Source: Rhizodiscina lignyota (lineage: Eukaryota). From it: a stretch of 64,000 nucleotides of DNA. The position numbers and the translations under genes were made by a program. Location: contig ML978135.1 of the NCBI GenBank assembly GCA_010015805.1, positions 372,001-436,000 on the forward strand. Reading direction: 5' to 3'. Below are positions 23,330-36,322 of the stretch, piece after piece. The notes under the pieces are model-generated. The model made no database searches and was not told the DNA's origin. It saw only the letters and a list, made by a program, of their open reading frames with translations. Each line of letters opens with the position of its first letter. The first letter of the stretch is position 1.

Positions 23330-24050
23330 GATTTGATTGATCTGAAGCACTGAGAAGATGACTTTGAGACTTGATTGAAGGAGAAATGTTGAATGAGAAG
23401 AGAGGATGCCAGCTCAGAGTGGCATTCTTTATACTTGTCCCAATATCTGTTGTCGTGCGGACATTCCCTGCGATTCGCATGGCTGAGTAAAAGGATTCTG
23501 AAGGCAGCAACACACGTAGTCATTCGCTCCGACGCTTGCTCTCATTCGATTTGACTCTTTACTAATATACCGTTCGAATCTGCTGAGCGGAAGTCCGCAG
23601 AGATTCTCGTGAAAACTAACTAGGCTAGCGTTTACTCCCTTGCAAGCTGGTGACAAAATAGTCGAGTCGTGGCTGCAACATCTTAGACCACAGCAATGTA
23701 TATCCTCGTTAGTTAATATAGAGTATACATATTAAAGCTGCCTATCATAAATAAATAAGATCTAATATATATTCAACCAAGCTTTTAGAGATGCTCCCGC
23801 TCATTCTGGAGAACAAAACTCTTTCTTACTGCAGCCGTTCGTCAAGTTGATCGGACTTAACTATTCTGTCACCCGCGTGCGGAGCTAGGCGGTGGCGCTG
23901 CTTGAGCTCCGCACGTCACTCTCCGCTCCTTCAGGTAGACTCATTCCCCTGAATCAAGATGCCAGGCTCGACCAGAGGAGCGGGAATGCCCATCGTCGAG
24001 AAGCCGTGTTGGACTACAGTCTACGGAGTACCGCAAGGATATCGACGACA

Positions 24051-25378
24051 ATGAGCGCGACGAAACGCCCACCTCCCAGGAGGAAGTCTTGTGCGGAGTG
24101 CATCAAAGGGAAGAGACGATGTGATCAAGCACTACCCAGTTGCGGACGTTGCAAGAGGTTGAAGGTTGCCTGCAAGTACGGCAGCGCTTCATTGCCGGCT
24201 GGCAATGCCTACGACAATCCTACTGCTCAATCAGAAAGTCCTTTTCCGGATCTGGAATTTCTTAACAGCGGATCTTTTGCTCCCTCGAGTGGGCTCGACT
24301 GTCATATCCTTGGAAACGATGGAGGCTTTGGGACCATTGAATTTCTTCCAGATCTCAACGATTTTCTCGCTAATCCTCTGGACAATTCAGCCCTCACTGA
24401 CACGCACCGGTTAATTGTCCAAAAAGGTATGAAAAATGTCGACCTTGCAAATATGTCTGCTTTCCTAAATACCCACATGAGGTATGGGATCGAGCAAATG
24501 AAAGCCGCACCAAAAGACATGGTACTTTACAATGCCACTCCTTGGTGCCATCCGTTTCTGTACGAGCAGGAAATGCCAAGAGTCTTGCAAGGTACGTGAA
24601 GGATGAAAAGACTTTCTCATTCATAATTCTTGGCTGACCAATATAGATGCTCAAGCAGCCTGTGCGCTGTATATCACAAAGAACGAGAAGAATGCGAGCA
24701 CGATTTCACGACATATCGAACTCCGTGCAGATGAGCTGGTGGCAAACCCGCTTCCAACTGCACCCGGAGATGTTTTAGCTGGGACTCAGGCACTATTGCT
24801 CTATCAAATTATACGTGTGCTTGACGGAGATGTAAGAAGAGGTGACTTCGAGACATTCCTGTTGTCCCTTGCTGACTCCTTCTTTTAAGAGCCGAGAGCG
24901 ACTCAGAGCTGATGCCGCGATGGACCGTTTGGAATCTTACACGCACGCCCTTCGCCCACTCGTCGATGTGGAAGACGATTCGTCCGTACTTCTGACGTTC
25001 TATCCGACAGCTTCTAGCATGTCATTCTGGAAAAGCTGGATCTTTCGTCAATCACTTTGTCGAACATTGATAGCGTGCTTCTACTTTCTGTCGATATATC
25101 ACGTCTTGAAGGAGAATTTTGCATACTGTGACGCCCAAAAGGCGTTATCCAGCCTCTGGGCAGCTTCCGCTCACTTATGGAACGCGCGGTCTGTCATGGA
25201 GTTCACAACTGCTTGGAAAGAAAAGAAACATTTCCCTATCCGCGACCTGGACTTGACGGAGCTCATTGCCGATGCGCGTGCCGATGATATAGATTCATTC
25301 GGCAAGATCCTTCTGGTTGCATTCATGGGCATCGATGATGGGCGAGGGTGGTTTCTGACCCGTGGAGGCGCTCTTTAA
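24051..25378 (+). CDS. Zn(II)2Cys6 transcription factor, three exons
   Basis: RRKSCAECIKGKRRCDQALPSCGRCKRLKVAC binuclear cluster. Introns at about 24592-24646 and 24832-24889; the middle exon reads AQAACALY...QALLLYQIIR. Confidence 0.9.
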
Positions 25379-25639
25379 CATTCTAAAGCTGTAAAAACGT
25401 ACGATTAACGAGAACTATTCAATAGTATTTGAAAGAGTCTTCCTCCGCAAGCCCCGCCAGTTCATATTTTCCAGGAGACCCCACTAACGCAAATTACGAA
25501 AAAAAGGCCGCCGTAAAGTTCTGACGGTCCAACCAATGACGGAAATCGGCACTCAAGTTCTCAGGGTTGCATCTGGATCGTCATAGAAAGTATTTTCGAC
25601 TTCAGCGGAACCAACCCGCAGGTCGCCCGTACCGACATT

Positions 25640-28345
25640 GTCATCAATCTCGACGGCATTGTTTGCTCTCAAAGACCTTTTCCGGTATCTTGCCAGTTTT
25701 GTCGCGAAGATCACCATCGACGGCTAGGAGAGCGGCGCGCTTTGTGAGCGCTCGAAGCGTTTCAAGGTCCGCGTATAATGCAACGTAATGCAAGATATTG
25801 CTACCTTGCTCGTCTCGCCCCGCCAATAGCGCATCCTTTTCCAGTAGAAGCTCCAGTATTGTTGCTCTTGCGAACTTAATGGCCAGCATGCGAGCGTCTG
25901 ATTACGTATGTTTCTTCTGTCCAGTCTTGCGCCAGCTGCGATAAGTGCTTGAGCGACAGATTCCGCATTACAACGTATAGCTCCTGAAATGGGACTTTTG
26001 CGGTTGTGATCGATGATGTTGGCATCAGCGTGGTGGTCTGGCAGCATGCCAACACGGTCGACATGTTGTGGTTCCAGCGCTGCATAGTGGAGTGGCGTCT
26101 GCCCTTCGTTGTCTATTGGATCAATGCGACAGCCTGCTTCGAGAAGTGAAATCATGCATTCCATGGTTCCGTACCGAACAGCTGAATGCAAAGGAGTAAG
26201 CCCTTCACGGTTGGAATCGGGAGAGCTAGAGAAAGAGTTGAGATTCCGTCCGACAATATTGACAAGCGAGATCATTTCGGCCATACGCCTTTGAACTGGG
26301 CTGCGCGAAGAGGCAAGCCGGAAGCTGTTGAATTGCTATTGCAGTAAATGCCGACTTTAATTTGGCCAACCCAAGAACGGTGATGTGTAAATTAGTGAAG
26401 CGGAGATGCTCCGGAGGTCGTGTTTGATCGGCTGGATCCGAAATCGGTGCCTTGAGTTCTTGGGATGTTTGTGAAGGTCTCTCCAATTCTCGATCAGCCG
26501 TTAGTATCCGATTCCAACCATAATCAACTGCGGAACTGACGTCTCGATAAGGATATATATATAAAATAAGTTTTACCAGCTAATGCCTTCGGGCATTCCG
26601 GTCTGTCTTGTGCGTTTCAACATTAATCTGAAAAGAACATCTACACGTTAACCTCTTCTAGTAGCGCTTGAGCAACGCGGGTAATCCGGAGGTCTAGGGT
26701 TCAAACCCGGTAATGGACAAACACTTTTTTTTTCCTTCTTTCTTTTTTTTTCCTTTTTTTAGCCATCTATTTCACCCTCATGACGAGTCTCCTGGGATCT
26801 CTGTCCACAGTTGATTCCGCTTGAGCTGTAGACGTTTGAGCGCCACCTTTGCCTTTTGGAGATGCTTTTGTAGCTGAATTGCTGAGCTTGAACCGTTTTT
26901 TCATGATGGCCAACGTGCTGAGCACTTTCGTGCCCGAGGTGAAAAAGAAATCCGTCGCAGAGAATGTCGGCGGATCGAAGGTCTTTCGCTCGTGTTGATG
27001 TGAACGCAAGTGTACTGCAAATTATTTTGCGAAATAAAGAAAAGAAGGCAGTAACGACGAACTACGTCGGCATTAAAGGCATTGCTTACTAGCCCTCCTG
27101 GTTTCTGAAAGTGACAGTCCACCCCAAGCGCAATGAAGAATCGTGCCATGTCAAGGCGGAGGAAACTAATAGCGTACTGGGATTATAAGAATAGTCAGCG
27201 AGGAATGGGATTGTGGTATTAGGATGTTGGTGGAAATTCCACGTATGTTCCGCAAATCAAATGATACTGCAGATATACTTACATGCAGAACAGTCTCTCC
27301 TCCGAAATCGAAGTCGAACGGCGACGCGGAATTTTCTCCAAAGAGGTGATGAACCATATGCTGGTCGTTATTCGCAATTGCATCCCAGATCGAACATCAC
27401 CAGCGATGGGGCGGCGTGTGCGAACTGTGAGCGACACTCCAGGGCCAGTAAGATCTTGGAGTTGCCCTGTGATAGCGACGTGCATTTCAGACCACCATCC
27501 GGGAAATCGATACGCTAGTTGGATCATCGGAGCGTTAGCATGGGCACATGGCATATTGCGCTCTGTTCGCCGGAGCACAGATGTACCGTCGTAGCCGCAG
27601 AACAGCCTGCCAAATGCTCCTTGCAGCCATTGCGGAGTGGAAAGCCTGGATCTGATATGGCAGGTACATTGGCAGAATATTTGACAGTATGGAGACGTAG
27701 GAGATTTTCCATCCTCTAAGGAATCGTAAGCTTCGAGCGCGATCAACTCCGATACAATGTTTCATTTCCTGCCACAGTTTGGTTTCCCATTTCGTCCGCA
27801 GCATGCACGAGGTCGTCAAGTGCTGCAGCAGCATCTGCAATATGACTTGAGAGCTGGGGGTGATACCGCCTGGATGATAATTGACGACCTGCATAGTCAG
27901 AATATTAGCTATACTGTACTCATGTACGCAGTACACCAGGGGACCATGCGGTTATCAGTTTCAGAATAGCTCATGTGGCTGGACAATACACTGAGTTGTG
28001 CTGTTATGATCTTGCAACGGCTTGCAAGGCGCTTCTGCAGCTTGGGGACGTCTTTTCTCCAGAGCTCTGCAAGTACGGGGCCGTATTTAATTCGTGGAGC
28101 ACCATCAATTTCTGTCGGCAAATTTGCAAGCAAATGACCCCCGACCAGTGCGTACAGGGTTTCCATATCTCGACTCGCTCCATCGATCAACTTCTTCAGT
28201 TGCTTGGTAACAATCCGAACCCTCATCTGACTTCACGCGGTCGTCGGCGTCAAACACCTGCAAGTCCCTTGCCCAGGGCCGTGGCAGATTTGAGCAATCC
28301 ACCTGGATCCGTTGCCTGAGCCTCTGTTAGCTGAGATAAAAGCAT
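25640..28345 (-). pseudogene. Ankyrin-repeat protein pseudogene
   Basis: Ankyrin motifs GETVLH, GLTPLHSAV, GQTPLHYAA and GSNILHYVA, and an upstream CQCTCH...GRLFCGY block, are spread over several frames with frameshifts and stops (for example near 26050, 25890 and 27350). Confidence 0.8.
26655..26760 (+). pseudogene. Degenerate tRNA(Met-elongator)-like sequence or tRNA-derived Pol III element
   Basis: A-box/D-arm-like TAGCGCTTGAGCAACGCG (26662), then TAATCCGGAGGTC, B-box GGTTCAAACCC (26698-26708), AATGGACA and long T tracts. The anticodon and 5' anticodon stem are missing and the stems pair poorly. Confidence 0.6.
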
Positions 28346-29031
28346 TGTTGGGGACGTAAATGAAGATTTAAAGGACGACCAAGGCTGAGATTATATGCAG
28401 TCTCCTCCAGAGGGCTTGTCCAACATAACAGGTTCCGAGCGTTCACATACGAGGTCTTCGTCACGTTGGCGGACTGCACCACACCATCCGCTTGCAATGC
28501 ATATGCGTCCTCATACTAGCCCCGGTATCTTACCGACATGACAATGAAAGAAGGATCGTGGGGTGTGTTCGAAACCAGCAATCATTGGACAGTCAGGATC
28601 CGGGGCGGCCGATATGGTTTACGCCCCGTACGCCCGTCTGCCTTGTTGCCTTACCCAGGGACGGGCGCTGAGCACGCACGGAGATTCGGTATATGACATC
28701 TTCGATGATGTTTGTTATGGCGGCTGATCATACAGCAAGTGCTCAAGTCTGAGATGAACATTGAAAATCTTGAAATCTTTGAAGGTCCCGTCCTGGGTCG
28801 ATTGAAATATGCTGCTTTGCACGTGATATTTTTTGAACCTGGAAAGGTTCAAAAATTTACAGTATCCTCGATTGAGATGAATCATAATCAATTCTCGATT
28901 GAATTATGGACAAAGGCTATGTACATGAAGAGGAAGGAGCACAGCGAGGTGCATTTCCAAACATTAAGCTTTTCGAACCTTGTGCAGGTGGCGCATCATT
29001 ACAAACATAAAGTATACGCGTCGTGGAAAGA

Positions 29032-30783
29032 TCAGATGGGCTTGCCATGCACCTTTAACGGATGCGCTTCGGTGTTGAAGACAAACTGGTTCTCTCCGTG
29101 GAAGTCAACCTGGTACTCAGCATCCTATTTTCGAGACGTCAGTCACGTGAATTTCGTCCACAACTTTCAAAGACAAGACTTACCTCTGCGAAGATTAAGT
29201 AGCTGTATTTCATCACCTCGGCAAACAGGAAGCTCTCCTGAAGGTCGCCCTTTTGGCCACCACCTGGTGTATTCACATTCGAGACGTCAGAGAAGCCAGA
29301 GTTCGTGCGGGTTGTCGCATTGATTGCCTGGAACGCCTCCCACGCCCAGTCCTGGTACTTCGAGTCGCGGGTAATACGGTATGCATAATAGTAGCTCTCG
29401 ATAACCTCGGGTCTCAAATCGTAGAGCCCGTCTTGGATCCAGAAACCCGAACGCTCATAGAAGGCTGTCTGGTTTGCAGGGAGCGTGGTAGTGTTCCACG
29501 AGAATGCCTCTGGACCGATGCCGGTGACGTCGCTTTCATAGGTGTCATGGCAACCATCCACAAGCATGAGACCGAAGTCGATATAGTCCTGGCGACCAAG
29601 GACGTTGCCACCAAGGATGAAATTGCCGCCATCGAAGCATGTTAAATGCTGAGACTCGAAGATCAGATCAGTACCGTTGAACGAGGCGAGGAATGTGAGA
29701 TCTGGCCTGCTGGAAGGGTGCGAGGCAAGATGCTTGATTGTGCTGTCCGCAGCGGTTGTCCAGCGGTTACGGTAATTGTCTGCGTCGCTGTCATAGACGA
29801 AGAATTTAAGATAGTACTCGTACGCGGAATCGTCGCCGCCATTCCAAGAACCCAGAGCATCTTGGAAGAGGCCTGTCCTGACATCCACATTCGTTCCAGT
29901 CAAGCCTGGGAAAGGGACACTCGAGGCAGGCTTTGGATTCAGGAGAAAGGATTCCGCCTTTTGCGTTAGCTGGCCATACTCCGGATTGCCAGTCAAATCG
30001 GACAAATGCTGCCATTCCAGCACAAGGGTTCCGATGGTAGCAAGACCATTCGTAACCTCTCCGGCTTCGAACGACTGATTGTTGATCCAAAGGTCGTTTA
30101 TGGGGATGCCGGTTGGCGTATTGAAAGCAAATTTCAACGAGTCTGCCAAGCTAACGGCTTGCGAGATAAGCGCATCGATGTTGGATTTCTGACAAAATCA
30201 GTATCAATTTACTTGACTCAGAGCTTAGAGAAACAAGGACACCAACGCTGATTCCCAGGTCTGACACGGGGCCCGTGAGCAAGTCATGGCCCGCAAGCAT
30301 GCCTCCTATATACCGAATGGTGGTCTCAAAAAGACTGACGGTGATTGGTATAGAGCTTTTAGTGAAATCAACCGTCGGGATGAAGCCGGTGATATTCTTC
30401 ACAATGTCGGCTTGCCGCATAACCACCGCTGTACTGAGCGCATCGACGGCACTGGCACCCCAGCCATTCCTGAAAGCAATCAGCTCAGTTCCGTGATTTA
30501 GAAAGGGCGATCATTACCTTGAATCTCCACAAGTGTTAGATACCGGATGGAGTTCATCATGACCGAAGCAGAAAGTCGAGTAGCCACTCCAAGCGAATCG
30601 GAAGGCATCGATGACGGCTTGTGCACGCTGCTGGCTTGAGCCGCCTTTGCCGTAGCCGCCTGAAGGAGGAAATTTTCCAGATCCAGGTTTCCCGCTGCCA
30701 CCTCCGTTTCCTGGCTCTGGTTGGGGGAGAGCGAGTGCTCCAGACAAGCCGAGGGCGAGCGTGATAAAGATGGACTGACGCAT
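29032..30783 (-). CDS. GH47 alpha-1,2-mannosidase (secreted MsdS/Mns1B type), multi-exon
   Basis: Signal peptide, [76 protein letters not shown], and last exon [10 protein letters not shown]...PI*. Confidence 0.95.
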
Positions 30784-33344
30784 GGTTGGTTGTAGGAATG
30801 CTTGATATGCTCAAATAAGCGAGAGTATCAGGATACCGTGTGTATCTCTGTCTCCGTAGCGAGCGGGTTTTGTGTATTTGAATACAGACGTAGCTGGGAT
30901 GTGGTTATTTCGCAACAGAAATGAATGAATCGGCGCGAGAATGTATGAGGTTTTGTTTACACCTCAGCAAAACTCTTCACAACAACAGGAAGGAACAAGC
31001 GTTGCAGCGCCTGCTGATGGCAGCAGTGACTATGAAATGACGCACTTCACGCGAACAATGTGGAAAGAGAGAAAACAAGGGAGGGAACGCGCAGGTATGT
31101 ATACTCGGCACGACAACCGTAGATGCAACCTGACATTGCGGTGGAGCGCGCTTATAGCACCCATCTCCAGCGAGCCAAGTCAGGAACATAGTGCTAATGA
31201 CTGGGTAGTCTTTTGCACCAATGGACACCATGCTGGCTCCATCGATTAGCGGCCAACATGAGAGAGAGTACAGGCGCGAAAATAACACGCCAGGATGCTC
31301 CAAGGCAGTGTTAGTGGGTAAAGCTTATGTGCAGAAGCTAGGATGCAGGCCAGAGCTATCCTAATTTTGTGGAATCGACAAACATGGAAGAAGGAGAGCT
31401 GCCCAAGTCGTCCAGTCAGGAATCGCAACCCAGCATGCACAAGAAAGATCTGCAGGAACGCAAGCACACAACAGCGGAGCTCACGGGTGCGACCTGGGAT
31501 CAGGTGTGCTCAGATCCAGACTAGGATATCGCTGTCCAACGCAGGTCGAGTCGTTGCCCACTGCAGAAGCAAAGGTTGGAAAGACCTTGATTGATTGTTA
31601 TGCGAAATGGCCCCTTGGGTCGCTGGAGCTTGACGGCAGCTTGCTGACGCCAGGCGGGGCGACGCTGATGACAAAAAAGATATGATCGCGTCGTTTGAGT
31701 GGCGCACGAACGGAAATAACGTCAAATTAGTCGACGCGCTCTTGAGTGCTCGCGAAGAGGCTGGCGATGCACGCTGGTGTTTAGTTTGCACACTTCGGGA
31801 GAAGTGTCCGCGAGAAAGAGAGGAAGGTGACAGCGTGCAGCTTCTCCGCAGCCTTTCCCCACACAATCCCCCTCCACACCCGCATTCCGAGCTATTGAAT
31901 TTTCTGCCAGGCATGCTGCGTATGATCTCCGGCATCGTGGATCGAAAATGCTGTCCAACAGCAGAATGCCATATGTATAATGCTCATACCTTTCTTCGGC
32001 AAGCCGGGAGCAGCTCAACATGGGCGAGCTGGCGATGACGGACTCCGATACGATACCGAATATGCTGCCCGGGAAGAACAAGATTAAGTGAAACAGGCTT
32101 TCTGCAGAAACGCCATTGTACATTATTGCATCAGCGGCTCAAGGCAGCACATAGCCCTGAGCAAGCATCTTAATAATGCAGAAGCTACCGGGGTGTCCTC
32201 GAGACCCATGCTCCAAGGTCGGAGTCAACAATGCAACACGCACTCATGCACACTCGAATACCTAGCAGGCGTGCAAGTGGGGCAAAGGGCTCTTCTACGA
32301 TCATCCTTTTTTCCTCAGGGCATCTCAAGAAACCACTAGAAGGGCGGAGCACTTTCCTTCAGCCTTGCCGCGCTCCTCCTGCATCTCTGAACCTTGAATC
32401 TCCTCTCCGCGAGCGGCCGCAGTTCGTCCTGCGTTCGCTGGGAGGCTGACAACCACGGTTTTCAACGGTTTCCCAATGGTGCCATTCATTTTGTATCTCG
32501 TATTTTACGTACAACATGTCGAACCTACCTGCATTCAATCAGATATCCACTGTTTCCTTTACCGAGCTTTGCGGCTGATGCTGACCGCATCGCAGAGAGG
32601 CCTCTACAACATCTCAACGCCTATTGTCGGATTGAACAGAAGAGCTACAGCGAGGTCTATTATAAGCCTCTTCAGATCACTTCAAAACCCACATTATAGC
32701 TTCGTCTGATCAGCTTGCCAATGCGACTTTGTATTTTGTTGCGTCCCTCACCAGAGTACGATATGCGCTCGATCCGCGTCGCGTTATTTAAGCAACTTCA
32801 CAGGGGCTTCCAGCGAACACGCTTAATTACACCAACATCGCTCCTGCACTCCTGTTGCTTGTCTCCTTAATATCTATCGAGCGATTCTAATTTTGTACAG
32901 TCAGAACCTTCTCATCTCGCCTCTTTTTTTCTTTTTCTTCTGAATTTATATCGCGATTAGGAAGCTTTACATAAACACGTTTCTCTTGTAGTAGACGAGA
33001 TGATTTGTGCTTGACATTCGAAATTATCACCTAAGATCGATCACGACTAACATGTACGGAGACTTTCGGACCCGTACTAACTAGATTCTGCAACCAATGC
33101 GAGGAACCTAATAATGGAGCACCAACATGCTTACTAACACAGCGTTATCCCTTTGCGGAACCATTTGACGACCGACTTGAACGGTTCAGATCGGCATCAT
33201 GAACACGAATCTCTGTATTTCAGAATGATGAAATAGCAAGAGATGTGGCAAAGACGTAGCTCGCCCACTTCGCACTCACGAGATCCTGGATTGCCTCACA
33301 AATATCTCGATTTTCAAGCTCGATTTGCGCATAGCGCATAGCTA

Positions 33345-35198
33345 TCAGAACATCTCGTCCAGCTCCTCCAGGGTCTTGTTGGACGTCTCTGGAACTAAGA
33401 AATACCCAAATATGGCAGCTATGAAGCACCACGCTGCAAAGAAAATATACGTTCCATAGTCGATCGACTGTATCATGGGCGGCACCGCAACGCCAATGAC
33501 GAAATTCGAAAGCCAGTTGACACAGTTTGCCAACCCGACTCCTTTGGCTCGATGGGCGTTCTGGAATACCTCTGCAGGGAGAGTCCAAATCAATGGTCCG
33601 TATGAGAGGCCAAACACAATGACGTAGATATATACCAAGGCTACGCCGAGCCACCCGACCCCTTGGTGTGCAAGCTGGAGTGCATCCGTTAGTAAGATTT
33701 CTACAAAGTGTACAGGTTGGAGCTCTTACCCAGTCAGAGTCATATTTTCCGGAAATGCCAGCCATTATGGTATGGGGAATGCCCATCCCGATTGCGCCCC
33801 AAATAGCGAGCCTCCGGCGCCCAATCTTGTCCATGAAAATCATCGCAGGTACGACTCCAACGAATTGTCCGATATTGATCATACCTGAGAGGATCAAGCT
33901 CTTCTCATAGCTTTGGCCGAGATTGGTAAACAATGTCGGGGCGTAGTAAACGAAGGCGTTGATTCCGCTGAACTGTGTGAAAAAGCAAATACCGCATGCC
34001 ACAATCGTTCGTTTGATAGTCCGCTTCTTGAACAGGTCAAGCCAGCCAAGGATTTCCAGCCGTGCACCAGTCGCGCCGGGATGCTCTCGCTGCGACACTT
34101 CTCTCTGGTAGAGAACCTCGCCAATGATAGATCTCCACTCCGCTTGAATGCGTGGGTCATCCGTTGGGAGGCGGCGCAGTGTCGAAAGACTCTTAAGTGC
34201 ATCTTCGGCTCGGTCGGCCATGACAAGCCATCGAGGCGAATACGGGAAGATATGTATGCAGATTCCGAGGAGGGTTGCCGGAACCATCTGAAGACCGAAA
34301 GGAATGCGGAAGGCTGCGGCGCCCGATAATTCCCTTATCCATTCGTTAATGAAGATGCTCTCGGCTCAGAAGGCCATGAACTTTACCTTGTGCCGTATGT
34401 TACCCAATACGATATGATGGCACCAATCACGATGCACAATTCCTCGAGCACAAGCAACGATCCACGGAGTTCCGGAGGCGAAATTTCAGATATATATAGC
34501 GGCGCTCCCTTTACTCTATGTCAGTAACCTCACCGAGGGGATCCTGGAGCCCGTCGACTAACCATTGCAAGTGTTCCCACGCCAATGCCACCAATTGCCC
34601 GACCAACAACAAGGGCGGCATAATTTGGCGCCGCAGTCTGGATTATCGCGCCAACATCGAAGAAAGCCACCGCTACAGTGAGCGCCCACTTGCGAGATAT
34701 GCTGTCGGCGATTTTTGGGTAGAAAAGACAGCCAACAAAGCCACCCAGTACAAGCATTCCGGTCATGAATCCTGGGATATCTGTATTAGCGCGGCTAAGA
34801 CTTTCGAAGAGTGCTCCAGGCCTACCTGTGTGGAATCCATAGCCAGGTGCGGTCGGATTCGTTTGTGGAAACTGGTTTTGAAATTCAGGCATTACCAGGA
34901 TCAAAGAGATGACTCCCTGATCTGTGAACATGGTTAAAACTTCCAATTGCGAGAAGAAGTTTATTAGGGGTTTGGCCTTACCATAACCATATGAAAACCC
35001 GCCCATTGACGCAAGAAGTGCTGCGCCAAACACAAATGGAGAGCTCAGAAGGCCCTTTGCACCAGAGTGTCCATAATGCACTTCCTCCGCGAACCCTGAC
35101 CTGCCATCGATGCTGCCTTTGTCCAAGCCAGTTCCCGCAAGAGCTTCTTCCCTGTGCTCGGCCAAGCTCTTCAGCTTCTCATTGTCGTGCTCTGCCAT
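33345..35198 (-). CDS. MFS sugar porter, multi-exon
   Basis: MGGFSYGYDQG, GAPLYISEISP, PYSPRWL, QFSGINAFVYY, DKIGRR and VPETSNKTLEE motifs across about six exons. Confidence 0.92.
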
Positions 35199-36322
35199 GG
35201 CGATTGACTGTACAACAGCTATCGGCAGACTGCGAAAGAGTGTTCTATGGACACAATGGGGAGGAAGAAGAGCAACGTTGAGATGTAGATCTGCAAGGAA
35301 TTGAAGGATTTATACTTGGCTCTGCCATGAGCGTTGCGCGCTCCAATTGGAGCACCTCGCGCGTTAACTGCGTCTCTCCGCAATAGAACCACAGGAGCGG
35401 CCCTTAAACTGAATTTGGAGTTGCGGGGCCCCAGAATGCTTGAGGTTGAGGATTAAATCCGCGCCAAACTTTCCCTGAACGTGAGCCGAGATCCGAACGC
35501 CCTCCCAAAAGGGCAACTTTGGTCGCACCACGCGGTATCGAAACCTGTTGAGATAAAGATTCAATATTCTTATGGTTTTTACTCATTGAATGCAAAATAG
35601 ACAAGATGTTGAGACTAATGAAGCACAGTACATGATAAAACAGCTAGACCAATGGTCAATGGAACATTCACGTGAGGTTATTAGAATTACCTTGAGGTAT
35701 CGTCCAGTATGAGGTGCGGGAAGCAAGAGAGAAGCCCAAATGATAGATTCATTTCCCTCAGGCTAGAAGTACATTGCCGTCGAGGAAAGGTATGTGTTTA
35801 TTGAACTGGTGCCCAAGAACGCATAGACTCTAAACGGGAGCCTCAGTAGTGGTGCGTTTAATATAGAGATATCTCGAAATTTACATCGCCGTGTGCGTAG
35901 GTGAACAGAATGGCACTACATCTCCAAGACAACGAATTCACTCACTGGTATGGAGTATCGGACAGCAGGTCATAGATGATAACTCAGGGTAGACACCGGG
36001 GTGGACGGTGCACACCACACTCGACTACTATTTAAAGCGGTGGTCAAGAGATTTCAATTGATATCAAACTCTTTCAGACCCGCTACAGACCAAGAGCATG
36101 TCGATATTAATGAGTTACAATATACGTGTCTTTCGCCAGTCACAACTGCCTTCAAAACGCGCTAGATACGCGCCCCGAGGAGAGACGCGTTTGCCCGAGA
36201 CGCGTTGTCCGAACCCCTTGTCAGGGGCCACGGTGAACGACACAATTTTCTCGGCAAATCGAAACAGACACTTTTACATTCTGATAACTCCATCCCTTGA
36301 AAAGACGCAACTCGTCGCTACC

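Noticed and set aside
26655..26719. Functional tRNA gene
   Set aside because: The anticodon arm is incomplete and the acceptor and T stems pair poorly; it is kept only as a tRNA-derived relic.
28712..29323. 203-aa plus-strand ORF
   Set aside because: It has a non-ATG start, overlaps the GH47 3' end antisense, and shows no recognisable motifs.
30941..33200. Many short ORFs between the GH47 and sugar transporter genes
   Set aside because: There are no motifs, coherent exon chain or coding bias; this is likely promoter or intergenic DNA.
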